A DNA stretch of 64,000 nt. Origin: Candidatus Aminicenantales bacterium (GTDB lineage Bacteria > Acidobacteriota > Aminicenantia > Aminicenantales > Aminicenantaceae). Where the stretch lies: positions 2,526 through 66,525 of the forward strand of contig JBHIDX010000003.1 of the NCBI GenBank assembly GCA_046760305.1, read 5' to 3'. Below the pieces are notes generated by a model, which was not told where the DNA came from, made no database searches, and saw nothing but the letters and a program-made list of their open reading frames with translations. This document shows positions 40,128 to 50,790 of this stretch, in pieces. The position numbers and the translations under genes are program-made. Numbering within the stretch: the first letter of the stretch is position 1; each line of letters opens with the position of its first letter.

Positions 40128-40384
40128 GAGGCGGCTCTCTTCCATTTTGTGTGGGTATATTTTATTGAACAAGGAATATCCGACAATGGCCTCTGTTAAT
40201 ATGAAGGCTTTCATTGTTTCCCTCTGTATGGTGCTCAATACATCTCGGCCGGCCGACTCAGTCGGCTTCCCTCGAGGGCGGTTCGGGAAGGCTAAATCTT
40301 CCAAGGTCGCTCGGGCCATTGTCGGATATTCCTTATAGAAACATTTATCGCTTTCCTACCCGCACAAAATAGAAGAGAGCCCTC
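40128..40384 (-). repeat. Structured fold-back element, copy A (ncRNA or non-autonomous mobile element)
   Basis: Outer IR 40133-40157/40357-40381 (23 of 25 matches); perfect 21-bp inner IR 40171-40191/40314-40334; core homologous to 62047-62174. Confidence 0.7.
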
Positions 40385-40545
40385 AATGGAGGCCACTGGA
40401 ATGTAAGGCTCTATTCAGAGTACAATTATCACGGAATGCGAAACACTCACACTTAACAAAGTTGAAAAGAAAGGGTAAATGTCATATTTTATCTGCTTGA
40501 AATCTTCTCTCTATGAATAACTTAAAGTAAAGAGGAGGCTGAGCA

Positions 40546-42432
40546 ATGCGGCTTGAAAAAAGAATAAGTTGCAAGGGGATGAACATCTTGTTGTTTTCCT
40601 TTCTTGTTTTTTTTACTCTTCTGGCTTCCAGCAAGTTGGCCGCGAACAGGACAGAAAAGCCAGTGCTTCACGGAAAACACTGGGTGGCTATCACCGGCAA
40701 ACCCCTGGCTGCCACTGCAGGAGCAAAAATTTTTGAGCGGGGAGGAAATGCCGTTGATGCTGCCTGCGCCATGCTGGCTGCAGTGTGCACCATGTATGAT
40801 GTCCTCAGCTGGGGAGGGGAGACCCAGGCACTGATTTACAACCCCCACACAGGAAAAGTATACGGAATAAACGGCCTGGGTGTTGCTCCTACAGGTGCAA
40901 CGCCAGAATTTTTCAAGGAAAAGGGTCTTGATTACCCGCCAGCCTACGGCCCTCTGGCCGCTGTTACACCAGGCACTCCAGGAGGATTAATGGTCATGCT
41001 GGCTGAATTCGGCACCATGAGCCTGAGTGAGGTTCTGGAACCTGCTATGGAAATGGCCAGAGGATATCCGGTAGAAAAACAGCTCGCAGAAAGCATAGAA
41101 AGACAAAAAGATTGGATAAAAAAATGGCCTTATTCCAGAAAAGTGCTCCTTCCCCATCTGGGAGAGGAACATGAAGCACCCTATCCTGGTGAAATTTTTA
41201 GCCAGCCAGAGCTTTTAGAAACCCTGCAAAAACTTGTCGAGGCTGAGCAGAAGGCGCTCGCTGAAGGGAAAAGCCGCAAAGAAGCAATATATGCTGCTTA
41301 CGACCGCTTTTACAAGGGAGATATTGCTCAGGAGTTTGTCCGCGGCTCGCGAGACCAGGGAGGTCTCATCACCCTTGAAGACCTGGCCCACTGGAAAGTG
41401 TACATAGAAGAGCCGGTGATGACGACCTACAAAGGGATTGAAGTCTACAAGTTAAACTGCTGGGTACAGGGACCTGTTCTCCTCCAGATGCTGAATATGC
41501 TGGAAGAAATCGGCCTCAAGGAAATGGGCTACAACAGCGTAAATTACATTCACACCATTTACCAGGTGATGAATCTTGCTTTTGCGGACAGGGATTTCTA
41601 CTACGGAGACCCATACTTTCCACCGCAAGAACCAATCAAGGGACTCCTTTCCAAGGGATATGCCAGGGAACGCCTGAAAAAACTAAACTGGAACCTGAAT
41701 GACCCTGATGTTAAACCCGGGAATCCGTACCCTTTTGAGGGGAGGAAAAATCCTTTCCTCCACTATCTTGAAGACTGGCCGATCGTAAATAAAGAAAAAC
41801 AAACCAGGAAGCAGAAAGAAGAAATAACCGCCTTTGAAGAAAATTTCCTGGCCGGGACGACGTCAATCCAGGCGGCCGATGAAGAAGGGTGGGTTGTCTC
41901 TGCCACTCCAAGCGGGGGATGGATCCCAGCCTGCATAGCAGGCAAAACAGGCATAGGCATGAGCCAGCGCATGCAGAGCTTTGTCCTCCACGAGGCTGAA
42001 AACCCCTTCAATGTGGTTGCTCCCGGGAAAAGACCGCGTGCCACCCTTACTCCCAGTATCGCCCTCAAGGACGGGAAGCCTTTCCTCTCTTTTGCAGTTC
42101 AGGGCGGTGATACACAGGACCAGAACCTTCTCCAGTTCTTTCTCAACATGGTTGAGTTCGGGATGAATGTCCAGCAAGCCTGCGAGGCTGCTAACTTCAC
42201 AAGTTATCAGATGAAAAGCTCATTCGGCTCCCACGAGTCAAAACCCGGAAGATTGCTGCTCAATGAAAAAATTCCAGAAAAAGTCCGAGAAAACCTGCGG
42301 CTCATGGGTTATACGCTTATTTTCAGAAGCCATACCTCAGGACCCATAAACGCCATTTTCTTTGACAGGGATCACGGAACTTTCTGGGGAGGATCGAGCA
42401 ATTACGGAGAGGATTACGGAATCGCCTGGTAG
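40546..42432 (+). CDS. ggt: Gamma-glutamyltransferase family protein, secreted
   Basis: GGNAVDAA, FYKGDIA, AFADRD, GTTS nucleophile, PGKRP and GGDTQDQ motifs. Confidence 0.92.
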   Translation: MRLEKRISCKGMNILLFSFLVFFTLLASSKLAANRTEKPVLHGKHWVAITGKPLAATAGAKIFERGGNAVDAACAMLAAVCTMYDVLSWGGETQALIYNPHTGKVYGINGLGVAPTGATPEFFKEKGLDYPPAYGPLAAVTPGTPGGLMVMLAEFGTMSLSEVLEPAMEMARGYPVEKQLAESIERQKDWIKKWPYSRKVLLPHLGEEHEAPYPGEIFSQPELLETLQKLVEAEQKALAEGKSRKEAIYAAYDRFYKGDIAQEFVRGSRDQGGLITLEDLAHWKVYIEEPVMTTYKGIEVYKLNCWVQGPVLLQMLNMLEEIGLKEMGYNSVNYIHTIYQVMNLAFADRDFYYGDPYFPPQEPIKGLLSKGYARERLKKLNWNLNDPDVKPGNPYPFEGRKNPFLHYLEDWPIVNKEKQTRKQKEEITAFEENFLAGTTSIQAADEEGWVVSATPSGGWIPACIAGKTGIGMSQRMQSFVLHEAENPFNVVAPGKRPRATLTPSIALKDGKPFLSFAVQGGDTQDQNLLQFFLNMVEFGMNVQQACEAANFTSYQMKSSFGSHESKPGRLLLNEKIPEKVRENLRLMGYTLIFRSHTSGPINAIFFDRDHGTFWGGSSNYGEDYGIAW

Positions 42433-42457
42433 CTACTTCTGGAAAGGCTCAAAACAC

Positions 42458-43915
42458 CTAGGCTGCCAGTTTTTTTAAGCATGCAGTGAGAAAATTCCAG
42501 AATTTTTCCACAGATTCTAAATTCACCCTCTCCTCAGGAGAGTGGGGATGTCCTATGGTCGGGCCAAAAGAAATCATATCCATGCCTGGAAATTTCTCGC
42601 CTATGATTCCGCACTCAAGCCCTGCATGGACAGCTTCCACTTTCGGCTCTCTATGAAACATTTCCTCATAAACTTTTTTCAATGTTTTCAGCAGCTGGGA
42701 CTCCAGGTTCGGTGTCCATCCTGGATAACCTTCTGGCTGAGTTACCTCAGCAGCAGCCAATTCAGCTATGGCCTGAATCGTATTTCGTGTATATTCCAGG
42801 GCAGAAGCAACAGAGCTGCGACTGCTGCAGACAATCTCGGCTTTTTCCTGGTGAGTGTGGATGATGGCCAGGTTAGTTGACGTCTCAACCAGGTCTTTAA
42901 TTTCAGGGTGCATGGTCAGAACTCCGTGGGGAAGTGCAAGGAGAAAGTTAACGAGTTTCCTCTTATCAGCCTCGATCAAGGCCTTTCTGACTTCGGTCTC
43001 GCTTCTCTCCAGGCTAAATGCAGCTTCTTTCTCCACTGCTCTGTATTCAGACTGAACATGAGCAAAAATCTTACGGAGGCAAGAAGTGTATGATTCAAGC
43101 TCTGAAGCATCAAACATAATCTCAGCCCAAGCTTCTCGGGGGATAGCATTCCTCTTGTTTCCGCCTTCAAGGCTTATGAGTCCAAACTCAAACTCGCGGG
43201 AAAGCCCCCAGAGCAAGCGGGCAAGAGTTTTTATCGCATTTCCTCTTCCCTTGTCTATGTCAATTCCTGAATGTCCTCCTCTGAAGCCGTAAACTTTGAG
43301 CCTGAAGATCCGGCCTTTTCCCTCTTCAGCTCTATTTAAAGGAAGCGATAGCTCGGAATCAGCACCTCCTGCACATCCGATAGTGAATGTACCCTCATCT
43401 TCAGAGTCCAGATTAAGAAGCTTTTTCCCCTTGAGAAAGTCTTTCTCGATTTTTGTCGCTCCTGTGAGGCCTGTTTCTTCATCAACTGTAAAAAGAAATT
43501 CGAGCGGCCCGTGTTGGAGGGAGCTGTCTTCCATTACCGCCAGGGAAGCTGCCACACCAATGCCGTTATCTGCGCCCAGGGTGGTTCCTTTCGCCTGCAG
43601 CCAACCGTTTTTTATCTCGGCCTTAATAGGATCTTTAGCAAAATCATGTTCCACATCTGAATTTTTCTCGCACACCATATCCAGATGACCCTGAAGAATA
43701 ACGGTCTCTGCTGACTCAAAACCGGGAGAAGCTTTCTTCCTGACCACAATGTTACCGACTTTATCTCTCTTCCAGGAAAGATTCAGCTTTTCTGCAGTTG
43801 AAATGATAAAGTCGCCAGCAGCTTCTTCATTTCCTGAACAGCGGGGAATGTGGAGTAATCTCTCAAAATACTTCCAGAGCAAAACCGGTTTTAATTTCTG
43901 GGATAAGTCAGACAT
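42458..43915 (-). CDS. pepD: Aminoacyl-histidine dipeptidase (M20C)
   Basis: LQGHLDMVCEK, TTLGADNGIG, DEETGL, LNLDSED, HAGLECG and HSPEE motifs. Confidence 0.95.
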   Translation of the reverse strand: MSDLSQKLKPVLLWKYFERLLHIPRCSGNEEAAGDFIISTAEKLNLSWKRDKVGNIVVRKKASPGFESAETVILQGHLDMVCEKNSDVEHDFAKDPIKAEIKNGWLQAKGTTLGADNGIGVAASLAVMEDSSLQHGPLEFLFTVDEETGLTGATKIEKDFLKGKKLLNLDSEDEGTFTIGCAGGADSELSLPLNRAEEGKGRIFRLKVYGFRGGHSGIDIDKGRGNAIKTLARLLWGLSREFEFGLISLEGGNKRNAIPREAWAEIMFDASELESYTSCLRKIFAHVQSEYRAVEKEAAFSLERSETEVRKALIEADKRKLVNFLLALPHGVLTMHPEIKDLVETSTNLAIIHTHQEKAEIVCSSRSSVASALEYTRNTIQAIAELAAAEVTQPEGYPGWTPNLESQLLKTLKKVYEEMFHREPKVEAVHAGLECGIIGEKFPGMDMISFGPTIGHPHSPEERVNLESVEKFWNFLTACLKKLAA

Positions 43916-44047
43916 ATGATTGCCTCCTTTGGAATAGAAATATACTTTTCTTCATATTAAATTAGTCGAAATAATGGCACAAAAATTGAAAGGATGCAAG
44001 ATGTTTGACTTCTACGTCTGATATTTTTAAAATTCGTCTGCTCTCCA

Positions 44048-45211
44048 ATGGTAAAAAAAAATCTAGTAGAACTTTTCAAAGAAATCTTCGATTCCTCGCC
44101 CGGTATTTTCTCTTCAGCACCGGGAAGGATTAACATCATTGGCGAACACACTGACTACACCGGTGGATATGTCCTTCCTGCAGCCATTCATCTCAGGAAT
44201 TATTTCCTTGCCGGAAAAAGGAGTGACAGAAAAATACATCTCTGGTCTCAAAATTTTGAACAAGGGACAGAATTTTCCCTGGATTCACTCTCTTTTTCTT
44301 TCCAGAATAAATGGGAAAACTATCTGAAAGGAATACTCTGGACTCTTAAAAAAGAAGGCTTCAGGCTGAGTGGAATAAACGGCCTCATCTGGGGTGATAT
44401 TCCACTTGAAGCAGGCCTTTCATCTTCGGCAGCCCTTGAAATTAGCATTCTGGAGGGTCTAGACAGATTATTCGTTCTTGGCCTTGATAAAAGAAAAAAA
44501 GTGCTCCTCGCCCAGCAAGCAGAGAATGAATTTGTGGGTGTTATGTGTGGCATCATGGACCAGTTTATATCTGTTTTTGGAGAGAAAAAGAGAGCTATCT
44601 ACCTCGACTGTGAAACTCTTGAATTCGCCCCTGTTCCCTTTGACCCGGAGAGAGAGAATGTCTCGATTCTTGTCTATGATACCCGAAAAAGAAGAGAACT
44701 TGCCTCCTCAGAATATAACAGGCGCCGTCAGGAATCCGGCCAGGCTGCTCTTTTTTTAAAAAAGAAAGGTTACTCAAGCTTTAAAGAAATCAGCCGCACT
44801 GCCCTGCAGAAATTAAAAAAAGAGATGGACGAGGTTTTATACACAAGAGCGCTTCATGTAGTAACAGAGAATGCGAGGGTTAAAAAAGCTGTTAGGATGC
44901 TTAGAGAAAAAAATTTCTGGAAGCTGGGACAGCTCCTCTTTCAATCCCATTCAAGCCTGAGAGATAATTACCAGGTCTCCTGCCCTGAACTCGACCTTCT
45001 CTACCAAACGGGCAAGAATTTTCCAGCGTGTCTCGGCGCCAGGCTGACAGGAGCTGGTTTTGGCGGATCGGGAATTGCTCTGGTGAGGAAGGAGAGCCTT
45101 CAATCCTTCATGGCCCTCCTCCTTGAAAGAGCAGAAAAAAATGGCTTTCCGAAGCCAGAAATGTATGAGGTCATGGTTGACAGGGGAGCCGAGGCAGAGC
45201 TTATAACCTGA
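44048..45211 (+). CDS. galK: Galactokinase
   Basis: APGRINIIGEHTDY, GLSSSAA, CGIMDQ and GARLTGAGFGG motifs. Confidence 0.95.
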   Translation: MVKKNLVELFKEIFDSSPGIFSSAPGRINIIGEHTDYTGGYVLPAAIHLRNYFLAGKRSDRKIHLWSQNFEQGTEFSLDSLSFSFQNKWENYLKGILWTLKKEGFRLSGINGLIWGDIPLEAGLSSSAALEISILEGLDRLFVLGLDKRKKVLLAQQAENEFVGVMCGIMDQFISVFGEKKRAIYLDCETLEFAPVPFDPERENVSILVYDTRKRRELASSEYNRRRQESGQAALFLKKKGYSSFKEISRTALQKLKKEMDEVLYTRALHVVTENARVKKAVRMLREKNFWKLGQLLFQSHSSLRDNYQVSCPELDLLYQTGKNFPACLGARLTGAGFGGSGIALVRKESLQSFMALLLERAEKNGFPKPEMYEVMVDRGAEAELIT

Positions 45212-45241
45212 ATATCCAGCTTGAGCGGGAGGAGGATAAAA

Positions 45242-47821
45242 ATGAGAAAAGTTGCCATTTTTATTTTCTTTTTGGGGATGATGAATTCCCTTTATCTTGT
45301 CGGAAGCGAGCCTGAAATTATGGCCACCTTTCCCCTTGAGAAGGAAGGCCTTCACCTTGGTCGCTCTGTCAGGCCACAAGCTTACTTTGAAAGCTCGGGA
45401 CGGATGGCCACCATCATGGGAAAAGAAAATGGAACTTCTGAAATATGGGTTTATCCCTACAAGGTGGCTCATAATTTTCGTCTCTTTTTCCTTCTCGAAG
45501 AGGAAAACAAGCTCATTGAGGGAGGAAAGATTGCCGAAAGAATCGATGTTTACCCCCACCAGACTATTCTAAGATATGTCCATTCTTCATTTACCGTGGA
45601 AGAAATTTTCTTTGCTCCTCTTAAGGAGAGAGGAATAGCAGTCTTGCTCTCGGTGGATACCATCAAGCCCCTTTCTATCATAGTAAGCTTTATCCCTGAT
45701 CTAAAGCCCATGTGGCCAGCAGGACTGGGGGGTCAGTACAGCTACTGGCACAGTGAGAAAAATTATTTCGTCATCTCGGAAGGTACAGGCATGAATGTTG
45801 CTCTCATTGGAAGTCCGGCAGGAGAAAGATTCTCAACCGGACCTGCCCATGCCCTCCCTGAAGAAGAGATGAAGCTTAAAATTTACTGCCCTCCCGAAGA
45901 GAGTCGTTCCTGTTTTTACCCTCTTTTCATCACAGCCAGTACTGAGGGCATGAAAAAAGCTGATTCTGCCTATTCCCGGCTTAAGAATGAGCTTGAAGAG
46001 CTCTACAGAGAGAAATTTCTCTATTACCGGAATTTAAGCCAGGAGCATCTTTCAGTGAAGACTCCCGAGCGAACTCTCAACCATGCTTTTGAATGGGCAA
46101 AAGTGGCCGTGGACAAGGCCTATGTCTGTAACCCACATCTTGGATGCGGCTTGGTGGCAGGCTACGGCCTTTCCGGGAGGAGTGAGAGGCCTGGCTTTGC
46201 CTGGTTTTTTGGTGGTGATACCTTCTTCAATTCCTGGGCACTCAACAGCTACGGTTCCTTCAAGATTGTTAGAGACGCTCTGCTCCTCATCAGGAAAAAC
46301 CAGCGTAAAGATGGCAAAATCATGCATGAATTGTCCCAGGGAGCTGGATTTATCCCCTGGTTTGAAAAGTATCCCTACGGTTTTTACCATGCAGAGACAA
46401 CTCCTTACTACATCATTGCTCTTCACGACTACATCCTTCACTCAGGTGATATGAAATTTCTTCAGGAAAGCTGGCCTTCTGTGAAAAAAGCCTACCACTA
46501 TATTCTCACCGCTGATACTGACGAGGATGGACTGATGGAAAATACGGTCGCTGGCCTGGCAGCCCTTGAACTCGGCTCTTTTCTCAGAAAAACAAAAACA
46601 GATATCTACCTTGCTTCCCTGTCGGTCGAATCTTACAGAACCCTGGCTGAACTGGCTTCAATTATGAGAGAAAGAAGCATAGAGTCGGATGCCACTAAAA
46701 GGTGCAAAAAGGCTCTCAAATCTCTTCGGGAAAAATTCTACGACATTAAAACACAAAGGTATGTCCACGCCATTACAGTCAAAGATGAACTTTTAAGCGA
46801 GACGTCTGTCTGGCCTTTCATGCCCCTCTTTTTTTCCCACATAGAGCCGGACAAAGCTGGGGCCACTCTGGACGTTTTCGCCTCATCCGAGCTGAGCACT
46901 GATTGGGGAGTACGTTCCCTTTCTGCGAGAAGCGAATACTACGACCCGCTGAATTACAACTATGGTTCTGTGTGGCCTTTTCTTACCGGATATACCTGCC
47001 TTGCCGAGTACAATTACAAGCGCACCGTGGCTGCCTTTTCTCACCTCATGAACCTGGCATACAACACCTTTATAGATGCACTCGGTTACTGTCCCGAGCT
47101 TTTTTCCGGCGAGTTCTTTAAAACAATCGAAGCCTCGGTGCCCCACCAGGTATTCTCCTCATCACCTGTCATAACCTGCCTGGTGAGAGGACTGCTGGGC
47201 TTGAAGGGAAATGCGCTCAAAAAGGAAATTGAATTTAATCCCTCTCTCCCTGGGGGAATGGACTGGGTTGAAGTCAGAAATTTCAGGCTTGGAAAGGACA
47301 TTTTCCACTTCAATCTCAAAAGAAATGAAAAAAAAATCGTGCTTGAAATAAAAACTGAGGCTGAATCTCCTTACTTTCTATCTTTCAACCCTGATCTGGG
47401 TTTTGGAGCCGAGGTTAGAGAAGTGAGAGTAAACGGTTCAAGACATGAACACAAAATCGGAGACAGTAGGGGACAGGTTCGCTGTCACTTAACTTTTAAA
47501 ACGGCCAGAGAAACAGTAGTCGAGATTGAGTATGAGAAAAGTATCAACCTTGCTCTTCCATCCTTTTTTCCTCAGATCGGAGCTCGCTCCAGAGGATTAA
47601 GAGTGGTGAAAACTTCCTACGTGGATAAAAAAATTAACATCACTGCTGAAGGAATCGGTGGTCAGGCATACGAGCTTTTAATGTATACATCCCGCCGCAT
47701 ATTTGCCTCCAGCGGAACAGATATCGAAGAGTCAGAAAAAGGAGTGAAAAAGCTGAAAATCTCTTTTAAAGGAAATCCCCAGGAATACACAAGGAAGAAT
47801 ATAGTCATTACTTTTAAATAA
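45242..47821 (+). CDS. Secreted (alpha/alpha)6 glycoside hydrolase (amylo-alpha-1,6-glucosidase-like)
   Basis: Signal peptide after a GGAGG RBS; RPGFAWFFGGD, GKIMHE, WGVRSLS, YNYGSVWP and PELFSG motifs. Confidence 0.75.
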   Translation: MRKVAIFIFFLGMMNSLYLVGSEPEIMATFPLEKEGLHLGRSVRPQAYFESSGRMATIMGKENGTSEIWVYPYKVAHNFRLFFLLEEENKLIEGGKIAERIDVYPHQTILRYVHSSFTVEEIFFAPLKERGIAVLLSVDTIKPLSIIVSFIPDLKPMWPAGLGGQYSYWHSEKNYFVISEGTGMNVALIGSPAGERFSTGPAHALPEEEMKLKIYCPPEESRSCFYPLFITASTEGMKKADSAYSRLKNELEELYREKFLYYRNLSQEHLSVKTPERTLNHAFEWAKVAVDKAYVCNPHLGCGLVAGYGLSGRSERPGFAWFFGGDTFFNSWALNSYGSFKIVRDALLLIRKNQRKDGKIMHELSQGAGFIPWFEKYPYGFYHAETTPYYIIALHDYILHSGDMKFLQESWPSVKKAYHYILTADTDEDGLMENTVAGLAALELGSFLRKTKTDIYLASLSVESYRTLAELASIMRERSIESDATKRCKKALKSLREKFYDIKTQRYVHAITVKDELLSETSVWPFMPLFFSHIEPDKAGATLDVFASSELSTDWGVRSLSARSEYYDPLNYNYGSVWPFLTGYTCLAEYNYKRTVAAFSHLMNLAYNTFIDALGYCPELFSGEFFKTIEASVPHQVFSSSPVITCLVRGLLGLKGNALKKEIEFNPSLPGGMDWVEVRNFRLGKDIFHFNLKRNEKKIVLEIKTEAESPYFLSFNPDLGFGAEVREVRVNGSRHEHKIGDSRGQVRCHLTFKTARETVVEIEYEKSINLALPSFFPQIGARSRGLRVVKTSYVDKKINITAEGIGGQAYELLMYTSRRIFASSGTDIEESEKGVKKLKISFKGNPQEYTRKNIVITFK

Positions 47822-47930
47822 AGATTGGGATTCTCACGGAATAAAAGATGTTTACAAAAGGTCCTGAGTTGACATCAAAGGAGATATGTAATAAGTAGTA
47901 AGAAATTAATAGCGGTTCGGGTAGAGTGAG

Positions 47931-49055
47931 ATGGAATTAATTCAGATAATAATTCTATTTCTACTTCTACTCTTGTTCCTCAACCTTCTGCGTAACATCA
48001 AGATGATGAATGAGCAGAAAAAGCTGGAACTCAAAGAGCCTCTGCCTCTAGTTTCAGTCCTTGTACCGATGCGAAATGAAGAGAGGAACATCGAAAATTG
48101 TCTCCGCTCTTTACTCAAACAGGATTATCCCTGCCTGGAGATTATTGTTCTTGACGACAATTCCACAGACAGCTCCTACGAAATTGCCCACAGGCTTACT
48201 GCCGAGGCGGTAAATCTTAAAGTTGTCAAAGGAAAGAAACTACCGCCAGGCTGGAATGGAAAAAACTGGGCCTGTCATCAGCTCTCTCAGCTTGCCCGGG
48301 GCGAATGGTTTCTCTTCACCGATGCAGACACGGTCCATACTCCTCACTCAATCTCCACTGCTGTCGCTTCTTCCCAGAAAAACAGTTCTGTTTTTGTGAC
48401 CACCATTCCTGGCCTGAGTACCAAAACCTGGTCTGAAAAGCTTTATCTTCCTATAATTCATTTTGCCTTTCTCGTTCTTCTTCCTTTCAAACTCATAAAT
48501 TATTCCCAGGACTCCCGCATTTCCTGCGGTATAGGGCCTTTCATGCTTATCGAGCGAAAAATATACTTCACCTGCGGCGGATATAACGAAATAAGGCGAG
48601 AAATTGTTGACGATATGGCCCTGGCAAAACTGGTCAAAGAATATAAGGGAAAAATTACTGTCCTCGACGGCACAGACATGGTGAATGTCAGGTTTTACCG
48701 CAATTTTCGCCAACTCTGGAAAGGCTTCTCCAAAAACCACTATGAAGCAATCGGAGCCGCACCCCATTACCTGGCAGGAATATTTATCATCGGGTATTTC
48801 CTTTTTATTTATCCTTATCTCACTCTCTGGGCAGCAATCGAAGCCCACGCCGCCATCACCCTCCCGCTCCTCCAGGTAGTAGTTATCACCATCATTAAGA
48901 TAACCATGGCGATCAGGTTTAAAACCGATGTTTTCTACAGCCTTCTTCACCCTCTGACAATCGTTCTCTGCTTTCTCATTTTCATCAATTCCTTCCGGCT
49001 TTCTCTCTTCAAGAAGAAAATTGAATGGAAGGAAAGGCTTTACCCTATAGACTAA
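47931..49055 (+). CDS. Membrane glycosyltransferase family 2 (CrtQ/HpnB-like)
   Basis: VLVPMRNEE, DDNSTD, GWNGKNWAC, FTDAD and VDDMALA motifs. Confidence 0.85.
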   Translation: MELIQIIILFLLLLLFLNLLRNIKMMNEQKKLELKEPLPLVSVLVPMRNEERNIENCLRSLLKQDYPCLEIIVLDDNSTDSSYEIAHRLTAEAVNLKVVKGKKLPPGWNGKNWACHQLSQLARGEWFLFTDADTVHTPHSISTAVASSQKNSSVFVTTIPGLSTKTWSEKLYLPIIHFAFLVLLPFKLINYSQDSRISCGIGPFMLIERKIYFTCGGYNEIRREIVDDMALAKLVKEYKGKITVLDGTDMVNVRFYRNFRQLWKGFSKNHYEAIGAAPHYLAGIFIIGYFLFIYPYLTLWAAIEAHAAITLPLLQVVVITIIKITMAIRFKTDVFYSLLHPLTIVLCFLIFINSFRLSLFKKKIEWKERLYPID

Positions 49056-49057
49056 CC

Positions 49058-50035
49058 ATGGGGAAAAAGTACTTTCTTATTCCTTTTTTTGCTTTTTTAG
49101 CACTCCACTTTTCACCTCTCTTTATCCTTTCTACAGAAGATGATTTGATAAAAAAAACAAAAATTATGGCCACTGTTTTCCCTCTTTACGAAATGGCTAA
49201 GGTTGTGGCCGGTGAGAGAGGCGAAGTAAAGTTTCTCCTTCCACCAGGAGCAGAAGTTCACACCTGGCAGCCAAGGCCATCTGACATGCTCAAGCTCCTA
49301 ACTGCTGATATCTTGATTTATGTTGATGACTCCCTCGAACCATGGCTTCAGGAGATGACAAAAGGAGTTTCAAGCGAGAAGCTGGAAATAATCGAAGCGA
49401 GCAGAGAATTAATCCCTACCGATATAACTGCCTGCCTCTCATCTTCTGAAAGAGAAAAGAGAGCTGAGGCTGAAGTTCGAAAAGATGAACATCCCCAGGG
49501 CGGACTTTTAGATCCCCATATATGGCTGGACTTTGGAATTGACAGGAAAATTGTAGACAGGATAGAAAAAACCCTTTCTAGGCTTGATCCTGACCATGAA
49601 GAAGGCTATAGAAAAAGAGCTGGTGTTTACAAAAAAAGACTTGAGGACCTCGATAAAAAATACCAAAAGAGCTTATCTCAATGTGAGAGCCGAACCTTTA
49701 TCGTGGGCGGGCATGCTGCTTTCGGTTACCTTGCCCACCGCTATGGTCTGCATCAGGTAGCCCTATACGGATTGAGCCCTGACTCGAAACCTTCCCCGAG
49801 GAAAATAACAGAAGTGGTTAAAGTGGCTAAGGCCCATAGAGCCAAAGCCATTTACTTTGAAAGTTTCATAAGCAGCGAGCTGGCAAGCGTAATTGCAAGG
49901 GAGACAGGAGCAAAAATTTTAACCCTCAACACAGGAGCAACCGTCTCCAGGGAGGAGTTCAAATCTGGGATTACCTTCTTTGAGATAATGGAGAAAAATC
50001 TGGAGAATTTGAAGCATGGACTTAACTGTCGCTGA
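49058..50035 (+). CDS. znuA: Zn/Mn ABC transporter substrate-binding protein
   Basis: PPGAEVHTW, DPHIWLD, HAAFGYLA and IYFE motifs. Confidence 0.88.
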   Translation: MGKKYFLIPFFAFLALHFSPLFILSTEDDLIKKTKIMATVFPLYEMAKVVAGERGEVKFLLPPGAEVHTWQPRPSDMLKLLTADILIYVDDSLEPWLQEMTKGVSSEKLEIIEASRELIPTDITACLSSSEREKRAEAEVRKDEHPQGGLLDPHIWLDFGIDRKIVDRIEKTLSRLDPDHEEGYRKRAGVYKKRLEDLDKKYQKSLSQCESRTFIVGGHAAFGYLAHRYGLHQVALYGLSPDSKPSPRKITEVVKVAKAHRAKAIYFESFISSELASVIARETGAKILTLNTGATVSREEFKSGITFFEIMEKNLENLKHGLNCR

Positions 50036-50783
50036 AAAACAACCCCTTATTACTCTGAGGAACGTTTCTTTCAGCTATGCCTACATAAAAGTGCTCGAGG
50101 ATGTAAGCTTCAACATCGAATCTGGGGATTTTCTGGCCATTATCGGGCCTAATGGTTCTGGAAAAACCACCCTTATTAAAATAATCCTCGGTCTTTTAAA
50201 GCCCTCCTCAGGAGAAGTAGTAATAATGAGGAAAGCGGTTGACCAATTCAAAGAATGGACAAAAATCGGCTATGTTCCTCAGAAAGCCACTCACATTGAT
50301 TCTCTCTTTCCTGCTTCGGTTAAAGAAGTGGTGGAAATGGCTCTTTCGTCAAGAAAGGGAAAATCTACATCCGGAAAAGTTTACAAAGGGAAAGCTATTG
50401 AGAAAGCACTCGAACAGGTGGGCATGGAAGAATTTAAAAACCGCCGCATCGGAACTCTCTCAGGAGGTCAGCAGCAGAGGGTTTTCATTGCCAGGGCCAT
50501 TGTCAATCAACCTCAGGTGCTTTTTCTTGATGAACCGACGACCGGTGTAGACGCTGAAACTCAAGAACGTTTCTATGAAATGCTTGATAGGCTGAATAAA
50601 AATCAGAGTATAACCATTGTCCTCGTCACCCATGATATAGGAATAGTTAATAGGCATGTGAGAAAAGTAGCCTGTCTGAACAAGAGGCTTATTTATCACG
50701 GTTCGCACAGTGAATTCTGTCGTTCTGAAGCTTTTAAAGAAATGCTGGCAGGAGGACATCACCTCGTCTCTCACCAACATTAA
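50016..50783 (+). CDS. znuC: Zn/Mn ABC transporter ATPase
   Basis: GPNGSGKTT, IGYVPQK, LSGGQQQR and LDEPT motifs. Confidence 0.9.
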   Translation: MDLTVAEKQPLITLRNVSFSYAYIKVLEDVSFNIESGDFLAIIGPNGSGKTTLIKIILGLLKPSSGEVVIMRKAVDQFKEWTKIGYVPQKATHIDSLFPASVKEVVEMALSSRKGKSTSGKVYKGKAIEKALEQVGMEEFKNRRIGTLSGGQQQRVFIARAIVNQPQVLFLDEPTTGVDAETQERFYEMLDRLNKNQSITIVLVTHDIGIVNRHVRKVACLNKRLIYHGSHSEFCRSEAFKEMLAGGHHLVSHQH

Positions 50784-50790
50784 GATTGCC

